Part shown: one piece after another, positions 54,918 to 55,642 of the stretch
How positions within the stretch are numbered: position 1 is the stretch's first letter
How the letters are laid out: the number at the start of each line of letters is the position of its first letter
Source of the DNA: a virus
Lineage: Duplodnaviria > Caudoviricetes
Length of the DNA stretch: 55,642 nucleotides
IMG/VR virus record: IMGVR_UViG_3300037042_000951
Location: 1-55,642 of that record
Strand: one strand, 5' to 3'
Notes under the pieces: model-generated
What the model was told of the DNA's origin: nothing
The model's input: only the letters and a program-made list of their open reading frames with translations
Database searches by the model: none
Made by a program: the position numbers and the translations under genes

Positions 54918-55195
54918 CTTAACTCCCTTTGGTTAAAAAACCCATGTGAATACGTTCGCAAGCTTTCGTAGGGTAAGCTCACAACAACCCTTGATTCATC
55001 CGATGCCCAACAACCTGCTGTAGTTTTACCATCTGCTTGATAAACATAAACTATGTAAGTTTTTGGTATGTCGCAGGGTATATCTGTTAAAGCAACAGTT
55101 GCGTTCTTAAGCTTTCCTTGGGCTATGACACCCTGAGCTAATATATTTGTACTTACCAGCAATAGCAGTGTTACTAAATATCTTTTCATTAGCAT
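54914..55195 (-). CDS. Secreted/periplasmic small protein
   Basis: Signal peptide ending ILA; Cys pair (PC..GCW). Confidence 0.7.
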   Translation of the reverse strand: MLMKRYLVTLLLLVSTNILAQGVIAQGKLKNATVALTDIPCDIPKTYIVYVYQADGKTTAGCWASDESRVVVSLPYESLRTYSHGFFNQRELR

Positions 55196-55410
55196 CTCCC
55201 ATCCATAAGATTTTCTACTTCCCGTTTTAGTCTAACATTTTCTTTTTGAAGATTGTTTATTTCTTCAAGCAGTAATTGCATCTGTTGACGCAACATCTCT
55301 TCACGAGTTTCCTGTTCTATGTAGTCTCCTAGCGTTTTTACACTAGCACCGCTATCTACAATATGTGGGGGTGATGCGTTCTGTCTGTCCTCAGTTGTCC
55401 AAGTTGTCAT
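55189..55410 (-). CDS. Hypothetical coiled-coil protein
   Basis: 73 aa, ATGA-coupled. Confidence 0.7.
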   Translation of the reverse strand: MTTWTTEDRQNASPPHIVDSGASVKTLGDYIEQETREEMLRQQMQLLLEEINNLQKENVRLKREVENLMDGRC

Positions 55411-55565
55411 TTCTTTTGTGCCTTTCTCAGTTCTTTAATTTCTTCAAGCATTTTTTCCATTAGGTCTGCGCAGTAGCCAACAAAAGGAAATTTGGTTGTT
55501 CCATCAGCAACACTGCGTGCCAGCCCAATAGTATTTTCAACTGTTCGTATGCTCACCTTTCTCAT
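55407..55565 (-). CDS. 52-aa hypothetical protein ending LRKAQKK
   Basis: Hand translation MRKVSIRTVENTIGLARS...EIKELRKAQKK; ATGA overlaps at both ends. Confidence 0.65.
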   Translation of the reverse strand: MRKVSIRTVENTIGLARSVADGTTKFPFVGYCADLMEKMLEEIKELRKAQKK

Positions 55566-55642
55566 TTCTCTTGTGCCTTTCCTGTTTCACAAAACATCTG
55601 CTTGCTAAACGCATCCAATACCGCTTGCCTTGTTCTGTCATC
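55562..55642 (-). CDS. 3' end of a truncated ORF ending GKAQEK
   Basis: Open from the window edge: DDRTRQAVLDAFSKQMFCETGKAQEK*. Confidence 0.5.
   Translation of the reverse strand, partial: DDRTRQAVLDAFSKQMFCETGKAQEK

Larger units (their letters stand above)
1..55642. mobile_element. Tailed bacteriophage genome segment (Caudoviricetes, podovirus-like)
   Basis: Terminase, portal, capsid, nozzle, ejection, lysis and replication genes fill the window. No host housekeeping genes and no integrase. Confidence 0.97.

Overview
This window is most of the genome of a tailed dsDNA phage (Caudoviricetes) with a P22-like/podovirus head and tail. It resembles the abundant uncultured freshwater phages with a Mu-gpT-like capsid. 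A betaproteobacterial host (e.g. Polynucleobacter-like) is inferred, not shown. There are three blocks. (1) 1-6420, minus strand: small early genes, an AAA+ ATPase, repeated promoters/operators/terminators and an iteron-rich putative origin. (2) 6833-47114, plus strand: terminase, portal, GroES-like protein, scaffold, capsid, a cluster of small basic proteins, adaptors, fibres, an RCC1-repeat protein, lysis genes, nozzle and ejection proteins. (3) 47111-55642, minus strand: primase-helicase, SSB-like protein, SNF2 helicase and a PD-(D/E)xK nuclease. No integrase, tRNA, CRISPR array or DNA polymerase was seen. The best candidate for an undescribed system is a set of otherwise unrelated small late proteins sharing a synonymously conserved C-terminal tag (KxGGxV..ADGxAxKGKT[RK]GxM). 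Its hydrophobic-x-x-GG-x-V core recurs in the ejection proteins, which suggests a capsid-loading or processing signal. Other notable signals are a nested +1-frame gene with its own RBS inside the giant ejection gene, covarying cassette-junction repeats, a four-copy double-palindrome element, and an interlocked RNA pseudoknot after the capsid gene. All family names come from motif recognition and recall; no database searches were run.
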